Assembly (NCBI GenBank): GCA_002245135.1 | Contig: NGBS01000305.1 | Span: 124,001 to 188,000 of the forward strand | DNA length: 64,000 nucleotides | Direction of reading: 5' to 3' | DNA from: Proteromonas lacertae | Taxonomy: Eukaryota | Part shown: piece after piece, positions 40,201 to 53,581 of the stretch | Layout of the letters: every line of letters starts with the position of its first letter | How positions within the stretch are numbered: position 1 is the first letter of the stretch | Program-made: the position numbers and the translations under genes | The notes under the pieces: model-generated | The model's database searches: none | What the model was told of the DNA's origin: nothing | The model's input: only the letters and a program-made list of their open reading frames with translations

Positions 40201-42527
40201 CTGGAATATTTGGATATTTGCCTTTAAATACATGAATATCATTTCCAGTTAAGTAATATTCACTATCTTCATCAATTGTGATTGGAGTATATCCATTTTC
40301 AGTTATATTATTAATCACTCTAACATATTGAAAACTATGAATATATAATTATATTATATCTTCATATATATATATACTATTGACATTCATAATCATTCTT
40401 TGCTTTTGATATTTCTATTATATTATTCACTGTATTTGATATTCTTTGACCTACTTTTGATATACTGTTGGAATAATCGAATGGTAGATTCTTGTTTATA
40501 TAACCATTATACTTTCTATACAACTGAAAGAATTGTAAATGATTTGTTTCTATATCAAATTTATCGATTATATTCTATATTAAAATATATAATATTAATC
40601 TAAATACTGATATATTACTCATTGATTTCATATATTCCTTAATTTTTGTTTCATTAGTTTCACTTTTTTCATCATTCATTGTCTCTAACAATTCTTCAAG
40701 ATTTGAAACATCTTTCTTCAATTCATTATGAGATTTAGATTTTTCTATTATATTCTCTCTATTTACTTATATAAAATATAATACAAATAACCACCAAGTT
40801 CATAAAAATCAACATCAACATCTTCATTATTTAGACAATCAGAAAAATACTATATCAAATTATATATATTGTTTAATACTCTGTAAATTTGAGATAAATA
40901 CTTTGACTTTTGAAAGAGTATTGAAGAGTTAATTGATTTAAAACAATTAAAATATTCTAATATAACACAAATTATTCACTAAATAATCTTTCAATAATAT
41001 CATTTTATTATCATTATTAATATTTACCATTGTCTTATTTATATTATTCAAAATAGTGATTAATTTTGATTGATTTTTATAATCAATTGCTTTCTTATCT
41101 GATTTATAGTTTATATCATATTTCCACCAACCATTCAATATTGCACCATAATAACTACATCCACTAGCTACACATTCATCCATATTCAATGTTCTAAGTA
41201 ATGAACCATCACTTTTTATTGTTTCTTTTAAATATACTTCTAATTCATTCAGAAAATATGGAATTCTCATTGATCCACCAACTGGAATTATTGATATGTT
41301 CTTTCTTATTTTATCATCTATTAAAGGATTATTACATACTTCATTTAATAAATCAATAAACTTCTTCTTCAATCCATTATTAATAATTATATTGTTAATA
41401 TCATCAACTGATAATTCTGTATCATATGAATCATCCTCAGTTATATCAATAGATAAATTAATCTATACATAACATTTATATAAGTATACGGTATCTGCTC
41501 CAGTGGCACTTAATTTTTCTTTGCATTTGATTATGTTTTTATATATTTTATTGATAATAAAATCTGTCAATTGAATATTTGGATATTCTTTTGTATTTCT
41601 ATTTTATATTTTTCAACCAGAAGTGAATCGATTATTCGACCATTTATTCCACAATCATTTTCACTAACAATTATTTCACATTTATCCTATTATAACACAA
41701 TATTATATTAAATTATAAATATATATTTATACACTCTCATATTTACTGATTGTACAGTTACAGTTCAAATATCCCATATCTACTATCATCAAATACTTAT
41801 CTTCTTTCTTCGCTTTTATTGTGTTGTTATTCTCATAACCATAACTTAAACTTATACTAACATTCTCAGGAATAAAACTGTAAATATTTAAATCTATTCA
41901 TTTTCAATATTATTATTATATATTACAATATTATTATTATACTCAAATGATTACATAACATATGAAGCACTCCTTTCTCAACTTCACCATAATAGTTGGG
42001 AATTGATATGATCATTGGAATTGCATTTGTACTTTTATAGTTTATTATTTCTTTCACTTTTTCAAGTAACATATAATAGATTTCTTCGATACTCAATTCA
42101 TATTCACCAACCTATTCATTTTCATATTCATCATTTTCATATACTTTATATATCATTCCATCATCATCATTTCTTTCAGGAACATTTTCAAATAAACTCA
42201 ATTTTCCACTTTTACTTACTTTTTCATAACTCGCACAAAATAAATCTTTCACACTCTTTATACTGAATTTCATATCTCGTCGACCCTGCTCATATTATAT
42301 AAAATAATATACTGGATCAAAGGCTTTACTACCTACCATTCTACGACCAATATTACCATCCAAAAATATTATTCCACTTCTATATACTTATTATCATCTT
42401 ATATATACGAAATATATTTTTCACCCAATTCATTCTCTATTACCTTGTGAATCATCTTATCATTCAAATAGGTGATCACACTTCGATATCCACCAATATC
42501 AACTCCATATATAGCGTTTTCAGCCAT
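37211..42527 (-). CDS. Paralog B: Hsp110/Hsp70-like ATPase domain, helical region, Tudor-like repeats, acidic/His/Pro-rich tail
   Basis: MAENAIYGVDIGGYRS; IPVGGSMRIPY..RTLNMDECVASGCSYYGAILNGWW; repeats such as GSYDITYDNGE and GSYNIIYDDG; apparent indels near 40960 and 38592. Confidence 0.8.
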
Positions 42528-42641
42528 AATGAGCAAAAAATATAAAAGATAGTAATGGGTATTCGAAAATTTGGAAACACCGATAATTTTAAATTCTTTT
42601 TAATCATGCAAATACACAATTTAAATAGATAAAATATGATA
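41605..42641. repeat. Near-identical duplicated segment, copy 2
   Basis: Matches 36118-37144; the 83-aa antisense ORFs 36517-36768 and 42015-42266 are identical. Confidence 0.95.
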
Positions 42642-42661
42642 AAAACATAATATAGTAGAAA

Positions 42662-45600
42662 TTAAGCATATAAGTGTTTTATTTCTCTTACTACTTTTGC
42701 ATGTATATTATATCGAATAACACTTCCTACGTGTAAAGAATAAGAATTATTATCAGGATTATAATCAGTCACTATTGCTTTTTTCCATTGTTCTTTTCCT
42801 TTAAACTTAACAAATACTTCAACTTCTTCATCAACATAAAATATTCTACTATTATTATCTTCTTTCATTTCAATTTCTTTATTTTCCTCTATTTTCTTTT
42901 TTCTTCTATTTCTTTTTCTATTTTCTCTTCTTCGTCTTTTTCTTCTTCTTTTTCTTCTTCTTTTTCTTCTTCTTTTTCTTCTCCTTCTTTCCATTCTTCA
43001 TCATTCTTTGGTTTTCTAATATCAGTTTCTTTAGTAACACAAACATAAACACTCTTTCTATTCACAATCTTACAAATAGTAAATGACAATTGATCATTAA
43101 CTAAATTAATAGAATGTATAAAACCATTTTCCCATCTATTATTTAATTTACACTGTATTTTATCACAACATCTATAATCTGTTGTAGATTTAATAAACTT
43201 GATATCAGCTGAAACATGAAATAACTTTACAGTTTTATCTTTCATGTTGTTATACACATCATAAGTATTATCGATTTTGTTGTATTTAATAATTCTACAG
43301 TCTTTATTGGAATTAACACTAACATAATCACCATTAATAAAAAAGGGATGATTGTTTATTCTTATATCTTCAGCATTCACATTTTCATAATAAAAACCAT
43401 TATATGCATAAATATTATATGTATTATCTTCATTTATTTTTATTATTCTTCCTGTTTCATTGTTGTTATTCATAATAACATCATCACCAACATCATATAA
43501 ACTATCACTCTTGTTAAATGGAAATAAATTATCATAAATCTCCTCTATGTATGTATTATCACTAAAATAAATTCCAAACTTAAAACCATCATTTTTATCA
43601 TATTTTATATTCACAATATTGCCAATTGAATAATCATCATTTTTCTTTTTCCTAACTAAAACAGAATCTGATATTTTAAAGTTAAAATCATTCAATGGTT
43701 TTACACAATTTAAATCTATATTATCAATTACATGCTTTGTTCCTGTTGTTGTAATTGAATAATTATATTCATTTATCCATTTTGTTATTTCACCTTCAAC
43801 ACATTCATTTTTTTCATTTATTACATATACTTTACATTTTTCTTTGAACAGACATATTTCAATATTTTCTTTTGGAACATTAGATACATAATATCCATTA
43901 GATAGTATAATATCGTAATTCTTTTCATTGTAATTGATAATATGACCAGTCATTATTACATTATCAGATATATGAATTATAACTTGTAATAATAAAGGTA
44001 ATTTATCACTCATAAATGGAACAATTTCATGCCAAAAGCATCCTTCTCTACCTCTTCCATTGCTTCTAACTTTAAACTTATATTCACCATTTGTTGCATT
44101 TTCAACAACACCAACATTCCATATCTCTTTTTTCCCTTTCGTATATAATACACTATCTTTCCCATATTCAAAATTACGATAAAAGTAGGTAATGTTTGGT
44201 AATCTCATATATCTATTAGATTTCATCTCTACAATTTCATGATTAATTTGGTTATTGTAAGAGACAATAAAACCATTTATACTGTCTTTTCCATATTGTA
44301 AAAAACAGGAAACATATACACTTTCTTTTTTTCTTTTCACATTAACAACATCTCTCACTTTTATTTCATTATTTCTGTATTTACTAAACACAGTGTTATT
44401 ATAATCAACATCTTTGAAGAGTATATCAATTGGTACATCTGTAATAACATATTTATTAAAATAATTAACTGAACATTTAAACTGATGAACTTCAACTATT
44501 TGACATTTTGAATTATCAAATTGTTTGATTGATACATAATCACCAATAGAGAAATAATAATTCTTTTTATTCTTCAAACTAGCAAGTGGTATATTTATTT
44601 TTCCTCCAATCTTTTCAATATATTTCTTTTCTACACACAAATCATATTCACCATTTTCGTAGGTGATATTATAGGTACCATCTTCATTTATTCCACTAAT
44701 AATTCCCTTTTCTACTACACCACAGAAGGAACATAAATTACTCCGTGGTTCTTCTTCAATTATTTCACCAAATGGGTTTAATATTCTTATACTAAATGTT
44801 TCATTATCATTAATCTTCATAATTGAAACATAACTTTCATACACTTTATCATATAATATATCTCCTATTCTAATTCCATCATTTCCATTATTCTTTTTAT
44901 CATATTTATGTTTGTCTATTATTCTTTCAACTATTGTCTATGTAATAATTAGTATTAACAAAAATATACTTTCATTTTATATTGCTCTGATAGAAAATCA
45001 TTTTCATCTAAGCTATTCTTTATATTCTCTAAGATCTTTACTTCTTGTTCAATTTCATCATTTTCTGTTTTTGTTAGTTTATACTCATGTAAGGTTTTAT
45101 TTGTTTGATTAATAAAATCATCTACAATAAACGAGATATAATGCTTAAGCAATTCATCATATAATGAAATGAGATGATTAATACTAGAATTAGATAAATC
45201 TTCTTTTATTTTGTGAAATTCTTCACTCATATTACAATCTTTCATTTTTTGACTATAATAATAAATAGAAATAAGCATTTATACATCAAAATCTCTATTT
45301 TTGATCTTATTTCTGGAATTATATTTGTGTTTATTCTATCATATACCTATAATGAAAGTAAAACAACAAATGCATACTACTATTGATCTAATTATATCTT
45401 TCAATCTTTCAGTTTCTTCTTCATATTCTCCTAAAGTTTTATATGTCATCTTTTTGCATTTTATATCATACTCACTAATATTTGGATATTTTCCTTCTTT
45501 TATATCCTCATTCAAAACTTTCTTTAACCATTCCTTTTCTTTAAAATCAATATTAACTATTTGATTAGTTTTAAATGATGTTATATATTCTACAGACTTA

Positions 45601-48600
45601 AAACTAACAAATAAAATATAATAAACATATAATTATACTATTCTGCTTCATATGTATTTTTCGATGTTAAATATTTTTTAACTTCTTCATTCTTTTCTAT
45701 AATTTCATCTTCATATTCAAACACTTTATCAAAATAATCATCAACTATATATTCAGATTCATATTTATAATAACTAATGTAATCTTTAAAATAAATGAGC
45801 AAATCATAAATATTCTTCATTTCTTTAATAGAATTGAATAATTCACCAGATTTTAATAAAGATTTTATAGCTTCAATCATTCTTACATAATACAGTGTTA
45901 AATTCAATTGTTTGTGTTGTTTTTTGATAATTATACACTCTTGATTCACTTTGTTAATCCAATAACTCAACTCATATTTCTCTACTATTCTCTCTTTACA
46001 GTTTTGCTATATTGTTAAATAATATAACTAATTATTTATACTTCATAATCTTTATTGAAACTTTGATTAAAATACTGAGAAAATTGAAACAATCTTATTC
46101 GATTAATGTATGGTAATCTATAAGATAAAGTATAATAAAAAATATATACATTTCATCAGATTGATTCTTGTTTAATCTAATAAGGCAATTATCAAACTCA
46201 TTTACACCACTAGTATTTAAAATGATTCTTTCTATATAATCATTATACAATAAAATTGAGTTGAGTAGAGAAATTGAATGATTTGAATATTTCATTCCAT
46301 CAATACCATCATCATCATTACCACAACATAATTCGAATTGTTCATTATGTCTTATTTCATTTAATATTTTATTCATATATTCATTTATTGTTTTATTAAT
46401 ACTTTCATGAACAATTTTTACTACTACATTATCATCTTTTTCATTTTCAACAGCTTCTTCTAAATCCTTGTGTTTGTTTCTAATCATCTTCAACATATTA
46501 CTAATCTCATCAGATTCCTTTTTGTTTATAGCCATTAGAAAACTCAATTCATCATTGATTTCATCAATTATAAACTTTGTATCTACCTTATTGATTATTA
46601 AAGAATTATCATGAAATGAATAAATGGGTAAATTGTATATGATCATTATAATATCATATAAACATAATGTAATACACAAACTATCAGTTCTATTCTTAAT
46701 ATCTTCAATTCTATCAAACAAGTGTAATAAGCATTCTAATTCTGACAAATTGTCAATTCCTTTCAGAATTCCCATAAAACAGAATTTTTCCATGTTTTGA
46801 ATTGTAATTATGTTGAATTTGAATGAATAATCTTCCATTCTTTGCAAAACGTTTAATTTTTCATGAATTATATCCAATTCTCTCTTAACATCCTATTAAC
46901 TATATTATGATATAAAATACCTCTACTGTTCTATCTTCTTTTTCAATTAATTCCAACAATTGCGAATAAATTGGATTACTTTCAATAATTACTCTAATTA
47001 ATTCAATATAATTACAATCACATAGTTTTGAATGATCTTTATCCTCTCCAATAAGAACATTACTTATGAATTGACTATAATTCATCATTAAAGTCTATAT
47101 ATAAATAACAAAATGATTATAATATTTTATAATACATTCATTCTATCTTTTATCTCCTCAATTGATCCATATTTATCATTTTTATTTCCTCCTTTGTTAA
47201 ATTGAAATATATCAATTTTTTTCTTTGTTATTTCATACTTTTTGATTAATGACTGTAATGAATGCTATATCAATATAGAATTATATATAATACACTGATT
47301 TTGTCATATTCATCTTGCATTGTATTTAATTGAGATTTAATATCATCTGATACTTTAATTTTGCTTTGATCATATTTGAATGAGTTTAATTTCACCAACA
47401 ATAAATCACTAGAATAAATATAATCTTTGATAAAAACATACATAAACGAAATTTCATTGTATAATTCGATTGTTTTACTTGATTTTGAATCTATTCCTAC
47501 ATTCAATAAATTCAACAACATTTCAACATCTTCAGTTGATTCTTTATCTTTTATTTTTTCTAATACATCATTGTTCAAGTAAACATAACTATTCTTCTGC
47601 TTTATTTCATTTCTATAAAACAGAATATAAGAATGTAATATACTTTATGATATTGATTATTTCTTCATTTGAATATTCCTCTTTATAACTGTTAATGATA
47701 TTATCTATTTTATTCATATCATATTTCTTATCAGATGATAAATAATATTGCAAGAAAGGAGATATTTCACATTTTATTGAATTATTATCTATACTTCCAA
47801 CATTGTTGTTGTTGTTGTTTTTCTTCTTCTTCTTTTTACTCTTCTTTTTATCTTTTGATTGTTGAATTGTATTACTATTTGTATTGTTATTGACAGTAGT
47901 TTTACCTTCAATTTTCTATATAACATAATAAACACAAATCAAATACATCAATAGTCTTTTGAAGTGATTCTAATTCTTTACTAATCAAGTCAAGGTTTGG
48001 ATTGTTATTAAAAAAAGTAAAATAACTATATTCAGATAAACACTGTTTTATAAAGTGATATAATGGAGAATTACTATTATCTTTCATCCTTCTACGAATT
48101 TCATTACTATTACAATAAAACATATATCACATATACAATCTTTTCAAACAAACAATATGATCTTTGGTTAAATTCTTTTTATCATTTTCTATTCTTTTAT
48201 TATTTACTTCATATTTCCATTTTCCACTTAATATTGAACCATAATAACTATTTCCACTTGACATACATTCATCCATATTCAGAGTCTTTATCATCTTTAT
48301 TTCTGAGTTTAATATTTTTTGTATTTCTTCTATCACCATTCTTTGGAAATAAGGAATTCTCATTGTTCCACCAACTGGTAATATCTTCAAATTCTTCTTC
48401 ATTTCTTCATTTAAATGACTATTCTGTATAAATTCTCTTAATATTTCTTTTAATCTTTCACCTAATGGAGTAATTATGGAGTTTAATTCATCTACTGTTA
48501 AAACATTCTCATAAGTTTCATCTTCTGTCAAATCGATTGATAAATTGATTGAACTTGCTCCATCAGCACTTAATTTACATTTACATTTCATTAACTCATT

Positions 48601-49529
48601 CATTATCTTGCTTATTATTACCTCATTATCTTTTGTATTTATTTCTGAAAATCCATTTTTTATTTCATTCTCATAATGTTTAAATAACAATTCATCAATC
48701 TTCTTTCCATTGATTTCTTCATTACATAAATCATTGACAATTTCACATTTATCTCTTTCATATTTACTCATTGTCAGATTCATATATAAATATCCAATAT
48801 CAACTATTAATAGATATTCTACTTCCTTTTCATCTAATAAAAATGAGTTGTTATTTTCATATCCATAACAAATACTCACACTCAAATTCTCTGGTATTAT
48901 ACTCAATAAATTCATATTTAATCGATTACATAGTATCTTTATTATATCTTTCTCTAATTCACCATAACTGTTTGGAATAGATATTATTATTGGCATTGCA
49001 TCTTTCTCTTCTTCTTTCTTAGATTCATCTCTTTTATATATCTCTTGAATTTTAGATAAAAACATCATATATAAATGTTCTACACTCAATTTATATTCTT
49101 TTATCTATTCAATAACATATTATTAATTATATATTCATACATTAAATATTATTCCATTTACTTCCATTCTCTCTACATTCTTCTTTTTTAATCTCAAGTC
49201 ATTTTCAAAGTCCAAATCATCATATTTCTTTCCCAATAAATTCTTTATACTCGTTATGGAGTATTTTACATCTCGACGAGACTACAACACTAAATACTAA
49301 AATACAAATACAGGGTTAAAAGCTTTTTGACCAATCATCCTCTTACCTAAATTGCCTTCTAAAAATACTATTCCACATCTATTATTTATATCGAATAAAA
49401 ATACGGTAAAGATTTCTCACCTAAATCAGTTTCATATAGTTTATATCCCTCAGCAGTAGAATATGATGTGGTTGTGATTTTATTACCACCAAAATCAACA
49501 CCATATATCTTTTCAATCTTTGCAGACAT
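42662..49529 (-). CDS. Paralog C: Hsp110/Hsp70-like ATPase domain, long helical region, Tudor-like repeats with E/K-rich linker
   Basis: MSAKIEKIYGVDFGG; IISIPNSYG; IVDIGY; KCKCKLSADG; LPVGGTMRIPYFQ; KTLNMDECMSSGNSYYGSILSG; Tudor-like array 42662-44870; continuity across 44950-48120 is inferred from short introns. Confidence 0.72.
42925..42990 (-). repeat. 12-bp coding minisatellite (GAAGAAGAAAAA)n encoding EEEK
   Basis: Tandem units read directly from the sequence. Confidence 0.85.
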
Positions 49530-50053
49530 AAAAAGTGACTTTTCTAAACTTTACAGTATGACATTATTGCTAAATATTTATATCAAAATAGAATATGTAT
49601 TTTTTATGCACTACAATAGATATTATGTTAAAACAAAGAAGATTAAGATCATTTTTGATAGTATTTACACAGAATTTAAAGTGATGTAAAAATATATAAA
49701 ATATGCTATAATGTACATTATGACTATTCTTTCTGCTCAAAAGCCTCTAATTCGTTATATTGTTATTAACTAAAAGTATTGTGATCATTTAGCAACTATT
49801 TAATATTGCAGCACTTCATCACCATATTTACTTTGTTAACACTACTAGTTCATCCATATAGACTACTTTGTGAAATATGAATAATTTAATTTCAATATCC
49901 TCCAAATATATATTTCATTACTCTTTCATTCAAATCAACTTCTTCATAACTGCATAAAATCTAAACTAAAAGAGAAAAATAGAGTTTTTCATTCAAACTT
50001 AAGCTTGAAATTTTGAATTTTTTAAAAACGTTTGTTAGTTTATCTCATTAAAT

Positions 50054-51948
50054 ATGGTATAGAATTGTAATTTTATATTTTTAGATTCCAGGAACAAGTG
50101 GTATGAATTTTTGTTTATGATTTTTAGCTGGTGGAACTGTAATTCGTCCTCCAACAGGAAGTCGTCTTTCTACAGGTCAAAGATTAAGCACAGCTCAAAG
50201 ACAGCAAGGTATAATAACAGAATATTATAATAATATAGCCAACCTATCTACTGTTGGTCTTACAACTGAAATGAAAGTGCCAACTACAGCAATAAACAAA
50301 GAAGTATTAAATTGTTATCATAAAATAGGGTTTGAGAAGTATGCCATCTTCATCAGGTCCAGGAAGACAAATCAGTGATTTATCATATTTTGAACAAAAA
50401 CTCGTGAAAAAGAACAAGGAAATAGCTGACGAAATTCAACACATAAAAGAAGAACAAGAGAAGATAGATAAAGATAATGAAGCATTTAACCAATGTCAAA
50501 CAGAATATGAGTCATTAATGAAAGAAGTGAGAGATTTAGAAGGATGTTTAGCAGATTATAACTTAGCTAGTGATAAAGCCAGAAATCAGTATAATTAATC
50601 AAAATTTAGTTATATATAATAGTACTCCAGTTGGTGATTTAGTCGCATATGCAAAGATGTTAAGTGATCGAAACAAACAAGCTGAACAAGATGCAGATAA
50701 TATATTTATGCAGAGAAAAGAGATTGAATCAGAAATAGCTCATATGGATGAAGAAGTTGATAAAATCACTCAAAACTTAGAAGTTCAATTAAACAAACTA
50801 GATCCAACAGCTCATGGTAAATATATGAGTTTACAGAAAGAAAAGAAACGATTAATTGAAATGACTGAAGATCGATCAAATCAACTTAGTCAATATAATC
50901 AACAAATCTATGAGTTAGACAGACAAATCAAAAGTGATATTTATTTAAATCAATTCTTAGACAGTGAAAAAGAATTTAAGAAATTATCAGTAGAAAGAGA
51001 TGAATTAGAAGAAGAATTAAAGATCTATAAAATGGATGAAAATGAAGCAAAATCTTACTTAACAGAAAAAGCAAAAGAATTGAAAAAGAGAAGTCAAAAT
51101 ATTGATGATGAAATTGATTCAATCACATCAGAAACTGAAAAGATTCGAGCTGATTTAAATCGTTCAAAAAACAGTAATGAAGATAATGATATGGAAAAAT
51201 TAGAAGTATTAAAATCTAGAGAAAATGATATGAATGAATATATCAATTCATTTGATGAAAAACGAAAGAAAGAAATGGAAGAACAACAAAGACTACAAGA
51301 AACAATTGTTGCTTTATTAGCTCATATCTCTAACAATATGTCATCTAAGACAAATATGCCTGATAAAAATACTTATGAAGAATTGAAGAATGATTTAGAT
51401 TTCAAACGAGTTCAAGCAGAGAATGCCGAAAAGACGAAAGAAAATTTAAAGAAACAATTGGAGAAACAAAAGAAAGATTTTAGTAAGATGCAGGATTTAG
51501 ATATTCGAATAGCAGGTGAAGTAAAAGGAATAAAAGAGAAGATAGAGTATAAATTATTATATATTATAATAAAAATAGAAAAATGAAGAAAGAGATAGTA
51601 ATATTTGATGATATTGAAGGATTAAAAAAATCAGCAGCTGAAACAAAAATCTATTTAACGAAACTGAAAGAAGAATATGAGAGAAGAGAAACTCATTTGA
51701 AAGAGATGACTGAAAGACTTAGTCGAGAGAATAGTTCATTAAAGTCACAATTGAAAGATCTTAAAGCTGATCAAGATCTTCAAGTTATATTGAAGAAAAT
51801 AAGAGATAGAGAACAGAGTGTATTTAATATGAGTGAAACAATCGAGAGAACGTTGAAAGCTACTAATTATGCTGAATTGAAGAAGAAATGTATGGAATTT
51901 GTAGGAAAGATAAACCAAGAGAATATTAATATTCAACTTGGTGTATAA
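50054..51948 (+). CDS. IFT74: Intraflagellar transport protein 74, multi-exon
   Basis: RPPTGSRLSTG..GLRSMPSSSGPGRQISDLSYF; LEGCLADYNLASDK; ADNIFMQRK; long coiled coil; FDDIEGLK..TNYAELK. Confidence 0.88.
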
Positions 51949-52045
51949 GAATAAAAATTTACAGTATTTAAAATTGTTGTTCTTTTGGGGAATAATCTAA
52001 ATACTTTAACAATAAATTAAATTATAAATAAATATTATCACATCT

Positions 52046-52309
52046 TTACTGTCCATTATTATAAAGTTCATTCTCATACCCTATTATTCTCAGCACTTCA
52101 CTAAGATACATCACTTTATCTGCTGGAACAAAATCAGGATGATTTGTATTACCTTCATGTTCTCTTAAGCATTTATATAACATTATAAACAATTCATCTC
52201 TTTAATCTTTTTCGCATTGAATTTTTAATTCTTCTAATTTTGTTCCCAGTGGTATTTCTATGGTAATTGGTGATTTTTGAATCGGTGGTGGAAATCTAAA
52301 GGGTAACAT
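52046..52309 (-). CDS. Possible small hypothetical protein (~87 codons) with one in-frame TAA
   Basis: MLPFRFPPPIQKSP..CEKD*RDELFIMLYKCLREHEG..NNGQ*; coding-like composition only. Confidence 0.35.
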
Positions 52310-52407
52310 TCGATTAATAATAATATCAAAATTATTCGAATTATGTGATAAACATATAAAAAACAGATTAAATTCTCTATTTAGTATTTATAACAACAAC
52401 TATAAAT

Positions 52408-53298
52408 TTACATTAAGAACTTCAATGCATGATACAACTTATTCTGTTTCATAGGGTTGATATTATACGATCTCCAATCAAATACACTAACTCTATCTCC
52501 AACATCCATTTTCTCACCATAATCACTTTCATCAAAGAATGAAACTTCTAAATTATTAAATTTTGCAGTTTCATGTAGAGTTGATTCACAATGAGAGTGT
52601 CTGTTGTATTTAAAATTAATCATTATGTATTTAAACAAAGTAGAAGACATTCTAACTATATTTATAAATGCAAATATTCTTTCAGTTGGTGCTTTTGATT
52701 TAATCCAGTTATTATATTCATGATTACAACAATCATACCAACACCAGTCTGTTGTGTTATATGCTACTCTTTTAGGTAATGATAATAAATCTGAATATCT
52801 TTGATCATATTTTCTGAAGAATTCATACATATTTCCAGAATAAGCTAAATCTCCTTCCATTACCCAAATATATTTATATTGATTGTAGATATGCTTGATA
52901 CTCTGCAAAACACTCTCTAACCACATTGACCACATATAGAATCCAGGAGATTGGTTTCTACAACCACCCATCATTCTCTGGTAAGAAGGAAATCTATTCA
53001 CAAAGTCTGTAGAGGTGAAACAAAACACTTTATATGGTCTTAATACATCCACATAACTGCATGTCTCTGTAACAAACGCTATTGTATATTCTGATTGTAA
53101 GGACTGTGCAACTTGTATCCATCTTTTAAGTTGAGCATCTGTAAACCTAGAAAATGCCACTACTACTAATTTCTGACTTTCTTTTAATTCTGGAGTTAAT
53201 CTTCTACTATATAATACTGAGTTTTGAGTTTTATCATGGCTATGTATTAAATATAAAAAAGCAGTTGTAAGTAATACACAAGTAATAGTAAGTAACAT
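52408..53298 (-). CDS. Type II membrane protein, putative glycosyltransferase-like (DUF3405-like), intronless
   Basis: N-terminal anchor; YKYIWVMEGDLAYSGN..FF (ExD motif), DLL, IVRMS, HCE, terminal KLYHALK. Confidence 0.6.
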   Translation of the reverse strand: MLLTITCVLLTTAFLYLIHSHDKTQNSVLYSRRLTPELKESQKLVVVAFSRFTDAQLKRWIQVAQSLQSEYTIAFVTETCSYVDVLRPYKVFCFTSTDFVNRFPSYQRMMGGCRNQSPGFYMWSMWLESVLQSIKHIYNQYKYIWVMEGDLAYSGNMYEFFRKYDQRYSDLLSLPKRVAYNTTDWCWYDCCNHEYNNWIKSKAPTERIFAFINIVRMSSTLFKYIMINFKYNRHSHCESTLHETAKFNNLEVSFFDESDYGEKMDVGDRVSVFDWRSYNINPMKQNKLYHALKFLM

Positions 53299-53581
53299 CG
53301 AAAAAACAATTTTAATTTCTAAAATATATTCGTTTCATTATTTTTTAAAACATTTTTTGCTAATATAAGAAGTATTAGAATGTTGTGGAAATAAAAATTT
53401 ATTAAAGTGGCAATTTGTTAAATGATGTATAATACTATTAAACATATTACTGACTAATCTACATCTTTCTCTATACACAATTTTATCAATTGAAAATATG
53501 TGCAAAAAGGGTGTATTTCAACAATAATACACAATCAAAATAAAAATAATAATTAAAACAAATTGTTCTTTCTCTCTCCCT

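Noticed and set aside
36118..42641. The 1-kb direct repeats as LTRs of a retroelement
   Set aside because: The repeats are intron-containing ATPase exons, and no reverse transcriptase, integrase or gag lies between them
42889..42994. Protamine-like ERRRRKRRRKRRRK ORF start
   Set aside because: It is the alternative frame of the (GAAGAAGAAAAA)n EEEK linker, exposed by a homopolymer indel near 42900
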